NCBI GenBank assembly: GCA_024626585.2
Contig: JANKJI020000002.1
Span: 247,696,894 to 247,760,893, forward strand
Direction of reading: 5' to 3'
From: Ginkgo biloba
Taxonomy: Eukaryota; Plantae; Ginkgophyta
DNA length: 64,000 nt
Made by a program: the position numbers and the translations under genes
In this document: piece by piece, positions 36,870 to 49,030 of the stretch
Position numbering within the stretch: position 1 is the stretch's first letter
Layout: each line of letters starts with the position of its first letter
The notes under the pieces: model-generated
The model's input: the letters and a program-made list of their open reading frames with translations, nothing else
The model's database searches: none
What the model was told of the DNA's origin: nothing

Positions 36870-38619
36870 TGTTATCCCTCAACAATAATTTAAAACCGAA
36901 CTGTGGTATATTTGCAACCTCATAGGCAATTTTAGTCCTTAAATTTCATGGAAGTATGCTACAATTTCACAATCTTTGTTTCTAAATGAAACTTGATTTT
37001 GCAAGTCCCTTAGTCCTTAAATATTGGAATTTGATAATAGTTCGAGGAGTAAATTCCTAATATGTTAGAATATTTCATCTCAATCACTAGCAAATCCCCA
37101 AGAATTGGTGAAGCCCCATATTATATGCTATCAATGAAGATTTAATCATATCTCACTGGTGCTGTCACCTAGCCAAGACTTATCCACTAGAGACTCAAGT
37201 ACGCTCCAACTATAATGGTGCCAAATGTTGGAGCGTACCTGAGTTTCTTAACATTTGGCACCACTGCTTATAGAAGAAATTCGAGTCACTGATAGAAGGA
37301 AGCGACGAAGAGCTTCACACGACCACTAATGAAACTACAGGCCGATTGGAAATATTCATGACTTCTATTGATTCAGAGCAGTTAACATTGATAGAAGAAG
37401 ATTCATTTTACGATGACATATCTAAGTGGTGGTTCAGCAAGATCGATAGTTATATTCAATTTTATACTCAATGACAGAACATCTCGCTATAGGAAGCAAG
37501 AAAGAAGTTCTTCACCAACGTCCATGAGGAATTTATTATCAGTAGTCCGTCATAAATTTATGCATGGATAGTATCTCAGAAATAGCAAGCACATGTTTGA
37601 GCGATGTAACGACGAAGAGAGGATGAGTACAATGATAGAATAAAGACACATTCAGAGTTCTGACCAAAAGAGTAATAATCGACAAACAAGGAAAACTCTT
37701 AGACCTAGAGAAAGTAAAGTAAACTACACAAGAGTTTTGGGAGAAGGTCTGTGAGAAGTATTGTTGGGACACCGCACTTCGAAATCACTAGTCGATTGAT
37801 AAAATATACGAATAATTCTACACACTAGTGAATGGGCCATTTCTAAAGTTGGTACCCAAATTAATTGTCAAATATATGAAGTCTGATCTGTGGAAAAGAC
37901 AAGGCAGTAAGAAAGGGAGTACTTTCGACACCATGGGCTAAGGGGCGTTAGGATGAGAGATGAGCAGATTAGGGGATGTCTAAGGAAGCCAGAGATGAAA
38001 GAGAAAAATGACAGAATGAAGAGGTGGTGAAGGCTGGTGTGAGGAGACTGTTTATGCAAGATCCTAAAGAATCTAAAGAAAAGGACAAATAATGAGTGGT
38101 ATGCAAAAAGGGTGCCTCCTCTGATGAACTCAGAGCCTTCACTAGGTGGCATACAGTTTTCACAATCGATTGGGAAAATGTCATGGCAAAAGATTTGGAA
38201 CCATATATGCAACTCCCAGAATATGACAACTCAGGAAATCCAAAAACACATTGGTTTAGATGTGTAAGTATATTGGAAACATGAACTACGCAAGATGAGA
38301 AATGACAAATTAATGAATTTGGAGCCCGACTTAATGTGGATGCATTAGATTGATTTATTAAAGTAAAAAAGAATATTACTAATTTAAATGATTTAGAAAG
38401 ATTATTTGTAGCTCAATTTCAGCACCCTGACCGAGATGAAAATGTCATATCATAATTTAGGTCAGTTAAGTAATTAACTAGAGAAATGGTCTTTGACTAT
38501 GACAAGAAATTTAAGACATTAATGAGTCAGCTAGATGAAGCACCGCCGACTAGACACCAGGTCACGTATTATGTTGATGGACTCAAACAAAAAATTATAG
38601 CACTCATCTGTCAACATAA
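36870..38619 (+). mobile_element. Athila-like element 5' end (putative short LTR, PBS-Asp, pre-gag region, gag), copy 2, truncated by gap
   Basis: TGTTA at 36870; ...aaca followed by tttggcaccactgc at 37254; gag LPEYDNSGNPKTHWFRC...DALD*F...LERLFVAQF...EMVFDYDKKFKTL...YYVDGLK. Confidence 0.65.
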
Positions 38620-38879
38620 NNNNNNNNNNNNNNNNNNNNNNNNNNNNNNNNNNNNNNNNNNNNNNNNNNNNNNNNNNNNNNNNNNNNNNNNNNNNNNNNN
38701 NNNNNNNNNNNNNNNNNNNAGCTAGAAAATGATTAACTAATTAATAGAATTAATTAGTTAATTAATCATGAAATAATGCTAGCAGGATTAATGGGTAATG
38801 AAACTAGGGTGGTAGATTTTGGATGTCTATAGTCACTACTCTTAGGTTCAACCAATCAACCATTGTTAGTGTTTTCATC

Positions 38880-39830
38880 ACATCCTCTTTCACCTCCTTC
38901 ATTAGAACCCATAGTTTTAGTGCCTCTATCATCTTTTATCTCACCACTTAGTTCTAGTATACCTATCAATCCAAATTCTCCTATCATGTGATATCTAGGC
39001 ACATACTTGTATATATATTATATATCTACATTAACCATTAAATCCACACTAAATATCATTGCATAATTATATAAGAATATAGGCTTAGTATTAATATCAT
39101 TAAGGCCATTATTAAACATGGGTTAGTTAGTGTTCATTGCAAAGTTTCTAACTCTCCAAACATGCCTACATGGATGCACCACTTAGGGAGATTCACTAGG
39201 AAACAAGGCTAAAGGGATTGAATTGACCCTAGTAGAATGGGAGACCTACTCCTAGTAATAAACCTATTAAATTTCTTCCATTAGAGGAAAAGTTAGAACA
39301 TCTTATATATAAGAGAGTAGGAGGTGGAAGGAATTGATGAGAAGGTAATGTGTGGAAGGGAAATGAATATACATGCTCAATTATCCATGCCATAGATAGA
39401 ATGCATAGAAATGGATATCATAATTATATTCAAACCATAGGAAAATTCCTAACACTAAAGTTTTGGGTATTACTGACGATCATGATGAAAGTTATCATCT
39501 CAAGAGACTCTCGACTTACATGGATGCATGAGGTTTCATGCATTCTTTGATAAACTACTCCTAATAAAGGTTTCAAATTAATCCTTCTTCACCTCCTTTA
39601 ATAACATCCATGGTCTTTTTACTATATTATCTTTGATCTCACCACTTATTTCTAGTCTACCTATGAATAAAAATGCTCTTATCATTCAATATCTAGACAT
39701 AGAATTACATACAAATGAAATTTCTACATTAACTATTAAATCCATAATGAAGACTATAGCATAATATTGATAAGGCCCCAGGATTAGTATCAATCTCATT
39801 AAACCCATCTTAAAGTAGGGAATGTTAGTC
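38880..39830. repeat. Two diverged ~250-bp direct repeats, ~700 bp apart
   Basis: 38882-39130 and 39582-39830 share ttcacctcctt, atctcaccactta.ttctagt, tctacattaac.attaaatcca and ttagtat.aat.tcattaa. Confidence 0.7.
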
Positions 39831-41166
39831 CCAACCTTTATTAGGCCTCTCTAATATTAATATCAATGAGCTAAATTTAGGTGAGTCAACCAAGGATTCT
39901 CTTGTTAGAAAATTGTAGTGGCTAATATTAATCATTTAGCTATTTTTTTCTATAATTTTCTAAAATATATTTATTAGATAAAAATAAAGATTCCCTAAAT
40001 TTTCTACAAACAAAAAACATTTTATTTAAAACATTTACCAAATTTTGACATAAAAAACATAAAATATAAGAAACTTAATATTTTGATGAATACTTTCACC
40101 AAATTTACGTCTTTTAAAATTATTGGATAAAATACTTTTTCTAATATTTTTACAATAGCTAAAAATAATATGATTCCTTAAAATTATCAATGAGCATTGA
40201 TACCAACCTTTATAACCTTGGCATAAAAAGTAAGATGATCTATAATGACTAATAATGCTAGTTCACTTATTATTGGGTATAAATAGGAAGTTTGAATATC
40301 GACCATTCTAAGTAATACTTTGATTTTAAATATGATTATCATTATATTTATCATCTAGAAGGATCTCAGATATTTTACCCTAGCTAAAGGCCTTAGTTGT
40401 AGTACATATAAAGCTATAAACTAATAGATAAAGTGTTGTAGGAAGTTGTAAGTGATGCAAAACCTGGGTATGAATTCTTGAGTAAGAATACAATGAGAAA
40501 AAGTGATAAAAGGTCGATATTTACTCAAGGTAATTATACTCCTATAAGGTTACCATATACTCTAGAAGCTAGTATAGATTCATGTGACTCTGGTCATTGA
40601 AGCTAAGAGAAAAAATTCTAAATGTACTATAAATTTTTCCTCTCAAAAACTAATTTTCCGCGTGTTAATAATGTGATATATTTTACCTCGATTATGATGA
40701 CTTTCTTCACTCACATAGTGCATTTTCCTAACTATTTTTCTACACAATTATTTTATGTGATGCCTTTCTCTCTAACCTAAAAAATAGAGTTGTTGGATTC
40801 TTGAATACCCAAATATTGCACACAAACTAATGCTTAAAATACAATAGGGATAACTTTAACCTATAAGGATACATCTCAAATAATAAACTAGAATTCAATG
40901 GAATACTAAGGAAATATAACAAGTAGGGGTAAAGAGAGAAATGAGAACATAAGATAAGAAAGATAGAAATTTGCAATATAATAATTTAATATTATATAAA
41001 TATAATTGATTAAATAAAATAACTCCATGGATATATTAAATAGAGAGGCCATGGTCTCAAAATAGAGTGGTTTCAATGTAGAGCAAGGCCCATGTTGTCA
41101 CTCATACAAATGAAATTAACTTAGTGTTCTCTATTTATAAACCATCCATACAATTAAGTGATTTTA

Positions 41167-42202
41167 GGGTCAAATCAAGCTAATTGTATCCTATTTTAGG
41201 AAAAAATATGAGAAAAATTAGAGCCTAAAGTTGTTCGATCGAATAAATGTTTAGGAAAATTATTTATTTATTAGACAACTAGCTTCCCACAAATTTGAAT
41301 TTTAAATTTCAAATAATAGGCACACACAAAATTTAAATCTTGAAATTATAAATAGAAGTTTTTCAACCAAATAAATATTTGGTTGAACAATTTTTTCTCT
41401 CCGATTGAAAAAATTGACTGAAGCCTTCTATTATTTTGCATTGTTTATTTTAGTGTAATAAAAATATTATCATTCATTACTTATTTTCCACAATAATATT
41501 ATATGAGCTATATATGAGTTTATATTTTCATATAATATAGTTTTTTTTTTTAAATAGAAGACTTTAGTATTTTTAAAAATTTCTTCAAATTTTAATTTTA
41601 AAAATTATAATTATATAACATTATTATAATTATAATAAATAAATATTTTTTAGATAAATAAAAAATAAAAAAATTAATGGCACATTCCTCACATTCTAAT
41701 CTATAACACTATTTAAACATAATGATAGGACAATGCATAATGAAAAAAATATTGGGTGGGCACACAAAACATCTTAATATCTTACATTTTCTTTAGGAAG
41801 ATTAAATTTAAGAAAAATAAAGTAATTAAAAATTAAGAAAAAATAACCCCACAAATATATATAGATTTTATAACTAATGTAAGAACAATAAAAGTAAAAT
41901 ACAATATTTAATGTCCTTAAATATGGTGGGCATACAAACTAGTACTTTATAAAACTTTAAAATTTTAACAAACACCATATTTTAATAATTATAATGTATA
42001 TTATTTAATAGAGGGTTAAAAAAAGGCAAAAATCATTTTCATGATGTAAACTTAATTTTCCATCTTTTGTCTTCATGCTCCTAAGCATGATTCTTAATGT
42101 AAAGATATATTTTACAATCACTAACATTTACTTTACGTATTTTCATCAAGTTCATTTTCCTAAAAAGGGAAAAAATATGATACCATTAGCCTAATTTGAC
42201 CC
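41167..42202. mobile_element. MITE / non-autonomous TIR DNA transposon
   Basis: TIR GGGTCAAATCAAGCTAATTGTATC against the reverse complement of the right end, GGGTCAAATTAGGCTAATGGTATC. TTTA on both flanks; very AT-rich interior; absent from the sister LTR at ~47410. Confidence 0.85.
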
Positions 42203-42325
42203 TTTACCATTGTAAGGAAACGTTATCAATAATGAATGATGGAGAGAACTCTCATAATGGATGGTTAAGACTGTGCTACCAAATAGAATAAAACTAATGT
42301 CGGTGAAAAATACCTATTAAATAAC

Positions 42326-44709
42326 TGTTGACAGCCGAATCCATCCCCTTCGCAAAGATAGATAGACTAGTCTGCGTGCCTAGAGGAAAGGGGGACAAAA
42401 TGGCATCAACAGTGAGGGGCTAAGAGGACCTCCACTTCAGTAGGGGCGACTCCCTTTATGAAACACAAAATACTAAAAATAAAAGCTGAAAGGGGAAAAT
42501 AGCCCGAAAAGAAACTTCTATGCACACTTATTCATAGTTTTTACAAGATTCATAATTGATTTCAAAGGTGGTGTGCGGTTGGTTGGCTCAATGCCATAGA
42601 ATATAAGGTTGGAGTAGAAGGAGGAACAGAGATGGCAACTAGAGGTAGCGATGGGGAGGTGGCGAGCTAAGTGAAGACTGGAATGAAGCTCCGAATAGAA
42701 AGCCTTAGACACATCCCAAAAATAAGAGAAAGCAAGGGAAAAAACTCCAGGTGATTTGCCAACACTTGGGTTGGATGACATTACCATACCACCCCAGAGA
42801 AAATCAATCCTACATGGGTCTCTCAAATGACTCATTAGCATGGCCAGGTGAATCCAAGAGATCCCATTAAGTAAAATGGCCTAATACAATAATCACAACA
42901 TTGCCAGAGATGCATGTATTTAACCTTCAAAAGAAATTACCACAGCAGAGCTAGAGGTATGTGCAAGAAAATTTTTACTTAGTGCTTCTCCCATGTGCAG
43001 CAAAAAACATCCCATAGCAAATGTTATAGCCTAGCCAGAAACACATACAAGGGAAATAAAGTAGAACTGCATTAATATGTTTCAAAAATACATCCTCCCA
43101 CTATCGGGGCAGTTATAGAGGTCCTTCAATGGATAACATTCATGCCTCCACCTTCCTGCTAAATCCAAGCCAAAACTAGTTGCTATCAAAATATCTCCTT
43201 CTCCAAAATCCAACTCCCTTTCTTTTCCTGTCTAAATAGCAAAAAATATATATTCCTCTCCTGGACCACCTCTTGGGTGCATTGATGAAGTGTAGGTGGA
43301 ATCGTCATCGTCATAATGGCTCTTTAATGCCATAAATAAAACTCTACATAATTTAATGAGGGGCACCATGCTTGAGTGTTCACTAAGTCCTCCTGACGGG
43401 ATGGAAAGTGAGTCGCCCTGGAGTGCTCAAATATTTCCTCATTTAATTCTTGATGGTGGCCCAAAATATCTGCACTACTTTATATAAGTCGCCCTGTGGT
43501 GAATTTGTAGTTAAGTGTTGGGGCAATCAAAGCTCTACCAGGATTTTGTGTTGCTGTATCAGTATCTTACGATTTTGGGCTAGCGAGGACCTCTTTTCCT
43601 TCGTGCTTAGGGCATCATAGGGAGGGGACGCACGATGGCACTGCGTGGCACCATCGTACACCCTTTTATTTCTCTATTTTGAAATGGGGTTGTGGGGCTC
43701 CAAGATTTTATTAATGTAATCGTGGGTTGCAGGGTCCTTATGATGGCGTTGCATGATGCCATCGCGAGGGTTAAGCCCCTCACCTCTTCCTTGCTTTTCA
43801 CCGGGAAGGTCCCTCCCCCTTGTGAGGGGTGGGGCCCTAAGATCTCGCTCCATGGTAAGATCTTACAGACCCACTCCCCACAAGGGGAAGGGGCCTCTCC
43901 TTTCCTCTTCCATTTTAGGGCTCAGTTGTGGGGGCCCTGCGATGGCACCATCTTAGGGGACGAACCCCCCATAACACTTCTTATTTATCTCAGGAGGGTC
44001 CTCACCTTGGTGAGGGGCGGGGCCCCGATATCTTTCCATATGGTGGGATCTCAGGGACTCGCTCCCTACCAGGGGGAGGGGCCTCCCCCTTCATTTTTAA
44101 CTCGGGCCCAGGCCACATGGGCTCTGTGATGGCACCGCGTGGCATCATTACGGGGGCTCAGCCCCCTATGGCCCCTTTGCTAACTTTTGACAGAGGCTGG
44201 ACTCCTGTGAGGAGTGAGGCCCTGAGATCCTACCATTTGGTAGGATCTTGGGGACTTGGTCCTTAAAGAGGTTTGGGGCCTCCTCACTCCCCTTTTGGAT
44301 TTCCTTGCGGGCCGCAGGGGCCCCGCGATGGCGCTATGTGGCGCCATGGTAGAGGCTGAGCCCCCTGCCACTTTTTCATATATTTAGACTTAGCTGAATT
44401 CTAGGAGAAGAATGCGAGGTGAAGGGAAGGAAAACCTATGATACCCCTTGTGGCTCCTTTTACATTTAGATGAAAAAAATAAAAGGGAATGTGGGCCGCG
44501 GGGAGAAAGTCCCATGACCCCTTCTGTACATTATAACCCCTGCGAACCCCTATGTGACCTCATGAAAACCACAGACCAATCTAAGTATTTAATGGAAAAC
44601 TTGAAGAGTCACCATGAAGCAAATTTTACCTGCTGCAAACTATTGCAAATCGGAGAGGGAGACTGGCAAGACTCAGCCTTTATTGAGAATGCAAATTTTT
44701 CGGTCAACA
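42326..44709 (-). mobile_element. Solo LTR (~2.4 kb), probably Ogre/Tat family
   Basis: TGTTGAC...GTCAACA termini; TSD ATAAC at 42321-42325 and 44710-44714; empty site visible in the sister LTR at ~47530. Orientation is inferred. Confidence 0.88.
43620..44370. repeat. GC-rich ~190-200-bp-period array of two alternating palindromes inside the solo LTR
   Basis: P1 GCGATGGCGCCGCGTGGCGCCATCGC-like at ~43631, 43740, 43939, 44126, 44325. P2 GTGAGGGGCGGGGCCC..AGATC..CCA.TGG..GATCT..GGG.C.C-like at ~43822, 44010, 44206. Confidence 0.85.
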
Positions 44710-44999
44710 ATAACTAAGGGAAAATAAATAAATCCTCACAATAATTTCTCATGGCCATATCCCTCATAAATACTAGACCCATCGAATCTCATTCTAGGAC
44801 CTCTTATGTCCTTATAAAATATCAACTCTTCCCCTCAAGAAAATAATATACCCTATTACTTTATCTAGTGCATAATTTTCCTACACTAATGGATTCTCTA
44901 TGAAAATAATAGATAATACTATATTTAATGGAGTCAATACCACCTTAAGTATAAAGGTGCACCATATTTATGCACTTTACATATTTCCTTGAAAGTAGA

Positions 45000-46450
45000 G
45001 ATTTATGCTCACCTATAAAAAATAAAATGGCTATCCAAGAGCACATCGGTATGATCCATAGGAACAATATTGTAAATGATATCATTCATATATCAAGATG
45101 TGATTGAAAAGTTAAATTTGCACTATGATGTCACTTACATAGTATCAACACCTTTTTCCCACTATTGGAACCAAATTTGGGTGAGGAGTGGCCTCAAGCC
45201 CAAACCACTCAACTATTGAATATGTAATTAAATGTTTATGGTTACCATTATCAATAATTTCTACAACCATAGTGCCTTTGATCTACACCCTAAGAGTGAA
45301 TATTCTTTCCTTTCCCTTAGTAACTCATTATGTTACTGATGTGAAAGGGATATTTTCTTTCTTATATATGGGAGGTATAGAATATGGTGCACTTGGCTCC
45401 TTTTCTCAAGCACATGATTGTAATGACTTGTGTGCTAGTTCTATATGTTGCAAAAAACACTCATAATATATATGACCATAAACTCTATGCCAATGGAAGA
45501 ATTTATTTTTCCCACCCCTTGTGGCAATGATGGAGGGATAATGTTTGTCAAGCTATGAAGGTGATCCCTCCTCCTTTAAATAAAAAGATTAAAAGGTACT
45601 CTTTCCCTTAGAGTATGAGTAAGAATTTTAGTATCAAATATTCCTTAGACATATTGAGGGAGTTATCTTCTACTATTCTTCAATCTTTGAACAAAACTTG
45701 TATGTATCCTAGATAGTGTGGCTATAAGAAAGTTCAATCTCATACCAAAGCTATGTATGGATCCTATTAATAAACTTGAGAACCATCTTCTCCTTAGGTT
45801 CTTATATCTCCAAGTGAATGGATAAGTCTTGGAATTCTTTATAATAATATTCTAATAACTACCCCACCTTTTATCATAGGTTCTACCATGTTATATATAG
45901 TTCATCTTAATATCTAAGAGGGTAAAAATTATGCCTAACTTATTTCTTGAAGTCCAACCACATGGAGATAGGTGTTTATATGTCCTACTATATCTTCTTA
46001 TAATGGGATTCCCACCAAAGTATAGCCTTTCTAGGAATTTTTAATCATGAAAAAATAATCATTTATATGTCAATATGATTTTGGAAGGCATAATAAACTC
46101 TATGGTACTAAATCCATGACTCTATGGATTTAGCATTCATTTTTTTACTAAAGTTTTTAAAATCCAATTTAGATTCCACCTAAAAAGGGTTGGGTCCATA
46201 AGTTAGATTTGCATTTCTTAAATGAGTAGAATGAGGTGATACATGATAATTATTAAAAGAATAAATATGAGTAGGAGGAATTGAAATAAATGTGTTTGGT
46301 GCTAATGCTACTAGTAGTGATAGCTGAGTCTGAATTTTAACCATAAGGCTTGTAATCTTAGTCATCATGCACTGGCTATCCTTTTTCTATTTATTTATCT
46401 AGGACATAATCAACTATATTTCATCTATTCAATTCTTAACAATGTCTTCA
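45000..46450 (-). pseudogene. gag and protease remnant of the TR-GAG element
   Basis: Minus strand ERIFTLRV*IKGTMVVEIIDNGNHKHLITYSIVEWFGLEATPHP aligns to the CRM protease at ~18575. The gag assignment for 45500-46450 is positional and weaker. Confidence 0.7.
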
Positions 46451-47645
46451 ACATATTCATTGAGATGACTCTACTAATCCATCTTATCCTCAAAAGGCAT
46501 CTAAACTATGCATCGATGGATGGGTGATATTGGAGTCTCAATCGATGACTCATACTAATAAACCTAATTTTTTATGTCTTTTCCAATTGTTCTTATCATA
46601 TAAAATAGAACATGTTTTAATAATAATAACCACATAAAATAAAATTTAGAGAAAAAATGAAGGAACTACTTCTCACCCTAAGAGAAAATACTCTAATATT
46701 AATTTATGCAAAGCTCAGGTATATATTCTTGAGGAAGAATCCTAATGAGTGAAAGTGAGTAAAATCTAATATTTACTTAAGGTAATTGCACTACTATAAG
46801 TTTATTATATTCTTTAGAAGGTCATATAAACCTTGGCAACTCTGGTCATTAAAGTCTAGAGTGAAAATTATGAGCTAATTATAAAATCTAACCTCAAAAG
46901 ATGATTTAGAACTTATATAGATTGTATTGGATTTTTTCCTAAGCATGGAATCTTTCTTTGAATACTATACATACTTTCCAAACTATTATACTACATGATT
47001 CTCCAGTGTAATGCCTTTCTCCCTAAATAAAAAAAAAGAAATTTAATACATTTTTAAACATGTAAATATTACACATAGATTAATGTATAACATCCAATAG
47101 ACCTTACTTGGAACTAAAAGGATATGCATGGAACAATAAAATATACTTCAAGGGAATAATAAGGAAATATAGCAAGTGGGGGTAAAGAGATAAAGGAGAG
47201 CATAAGAAAAGAAATTTAATATTTGAAAGAATAACACTTTAGCATTACATCATTACAACTGATTAAAGATTAAAATTACAAGGATTTCTAAAATATATGG
47301 TCTCAAAATAGAGTGGTGTCCAAGTAGAGAAAGTAACATGCAACTAATAATACAACTAAAGTTAAGCTAGTCATGTCTATTTATAAACCATCGATCTAAT
47401 TAAGGGATTTTATCCATATGAGGAACCCTTATCGCTAATGAATGGTGGAGACATATGTAATGATGGATAGTGGATATTATTCCATTAAATAGGAGAAAAC
47501 CAATGGTGGTTAGAAATTCCTATTAATAATGAAGGAAATATAACTAAATCCTCATAGGGATTTCTCATGGTCATAGTGCTTATAGAGGCTAGATTGGTGG
47601 GACTTCATGTTAGGCCCCCTTATGTGCCTATGAAACATTAGTAAT

Positions 47646-49030
47646 CTCTTTGAATTTTGAGATATAATATAGTTCTTTCATTTTATGTCAGTGTTCTAAT
47701 ATTTTGAGATTAGTATTAGAAAATCTTTTTAATGCATTGGAAAGACATCTCAATGTAATGATAAAATAAATAATTATTATTTTATGAAGGATTACAGTCT
47801 GGTGGATGCAAATTTTCTTTACCTATACTATTCTTTTTGTTATCATAAAATTTAGTGTGTTATATTTTATGTTGTGATAATCATCATAAATGATGCATAG
47901 GCTTATGGTATCATCTTGATTAGATTTTTTTTTTTTCTCCTATAATGAATAACTAGAGTTGAAATATCATTTATATGGTTTCCTTTATTTCCTATATTAC
48001 AACTATTGTCATGGATGGATAAATATCCTAAATGTGATATATTTATCTTATAAAAGTTTAAAATATAATTAAGACTAAGGACTATATATATAGTGTTTCT
48101 TTATGTAATTGTTGAAGGCTATCTTATCTAAACTAAGATTCATACTAGTTGTTTATAATACTAATACTATTTTCTCAATATCTTCTATGTTATAAGGCTA
48201 AATTTATCCTAGTTAATGAGTTTGTAACATTAGCTAACTATTTATGCTAATATTTGTATTTTCTTAATTGGATGCATATATTCCTTCACCTTTTTTCTCT
48301 AACCATTTTTTTCTCTTATAATCAAGATTATTATTGCCTCCATATTGATGGCCATTAGATGAAACATAAAATGACTTATACATAAAATCCTAACTAGAAT
48401 GTTCTATTATAAGATCCTTTTTTATGATTAATATCGAGGTGATACTTGGGTGGTGCATTAATCATTTTGGATATAATTATAGCAAGGTCATTCTAATCAA
48501 ATCATAAGATAAAATTCCATCAACATTTCTAGTGCATATTCTAGGATGAATAATAAGAAATGTGGTGTCTATTAATCCTTATTTATTATTAGTCTAGAAA
48601 TATTTAATAGTTTGCTAAAATATCTCATATTAGATCTTAAGTTAACAACATGGATGTTATATATCGATGATTATTGTTAAGGAAACCATGGTCCATCCTC
48701 ATTTATATGGGTATTATATTATAATGAGAATAATTTGGTAGTTATTCATGTTGGAAGCATTTTTCTCATATTCATGAGTAATGTGGAAGAATATATTTCC
48801 TTGATTAATGAATTATAAATCCTTCTAAGTTAATGGATTTAATGCATTTGAGTTTTTTTATTTACTATGATTGTGTAATCACCTAGATTGTTTATTAATA
48901 ATGAAGATTAATACCCTAAAAGAGTATTATCAATCTATCATTTAATAAATCATGATTCAGTCCTTTCACTATTTCCTATAAAATAAATTTAGTTAGCACT
49001 CTTACAACTAATTTGGCAAAGTATCACTTA
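47646..49030 (+). pseudogene. Degenerate L1-like LINE 3' part with RNase H domain (probably continues from ~40180-40447)
   Basis: 48648 onward reads TWMLYIDDYC*GNHGPSS...MSNVEEYISLINEL, resembling the plant L1/archaeal-type RNase H pattern DG..GNPG...NN.AE. Weak GL, WKDI and WC motifs upstream. Confidence 0.5.

Larger units (their letters stand above)
40453..47640 (-). mobile_element. TR-GAG-type non-autonomous LTR element (gag plus protease only), CRM-related
   Basis: 5' LTR 46704-47640; 3' LTR 40453-44824 (~940 bp after removing two nested inserts); TSD GTAAG/GTAAT; decayed PBS-Met 46690-46701; PPT 44825-44839. Confidence 0.8.

Noticed and set aside
43607-44371. Overlapping ORFs up to 145 aa
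   Set aside because: By-products of GC-rich palindromic repeats that lack stop codons.
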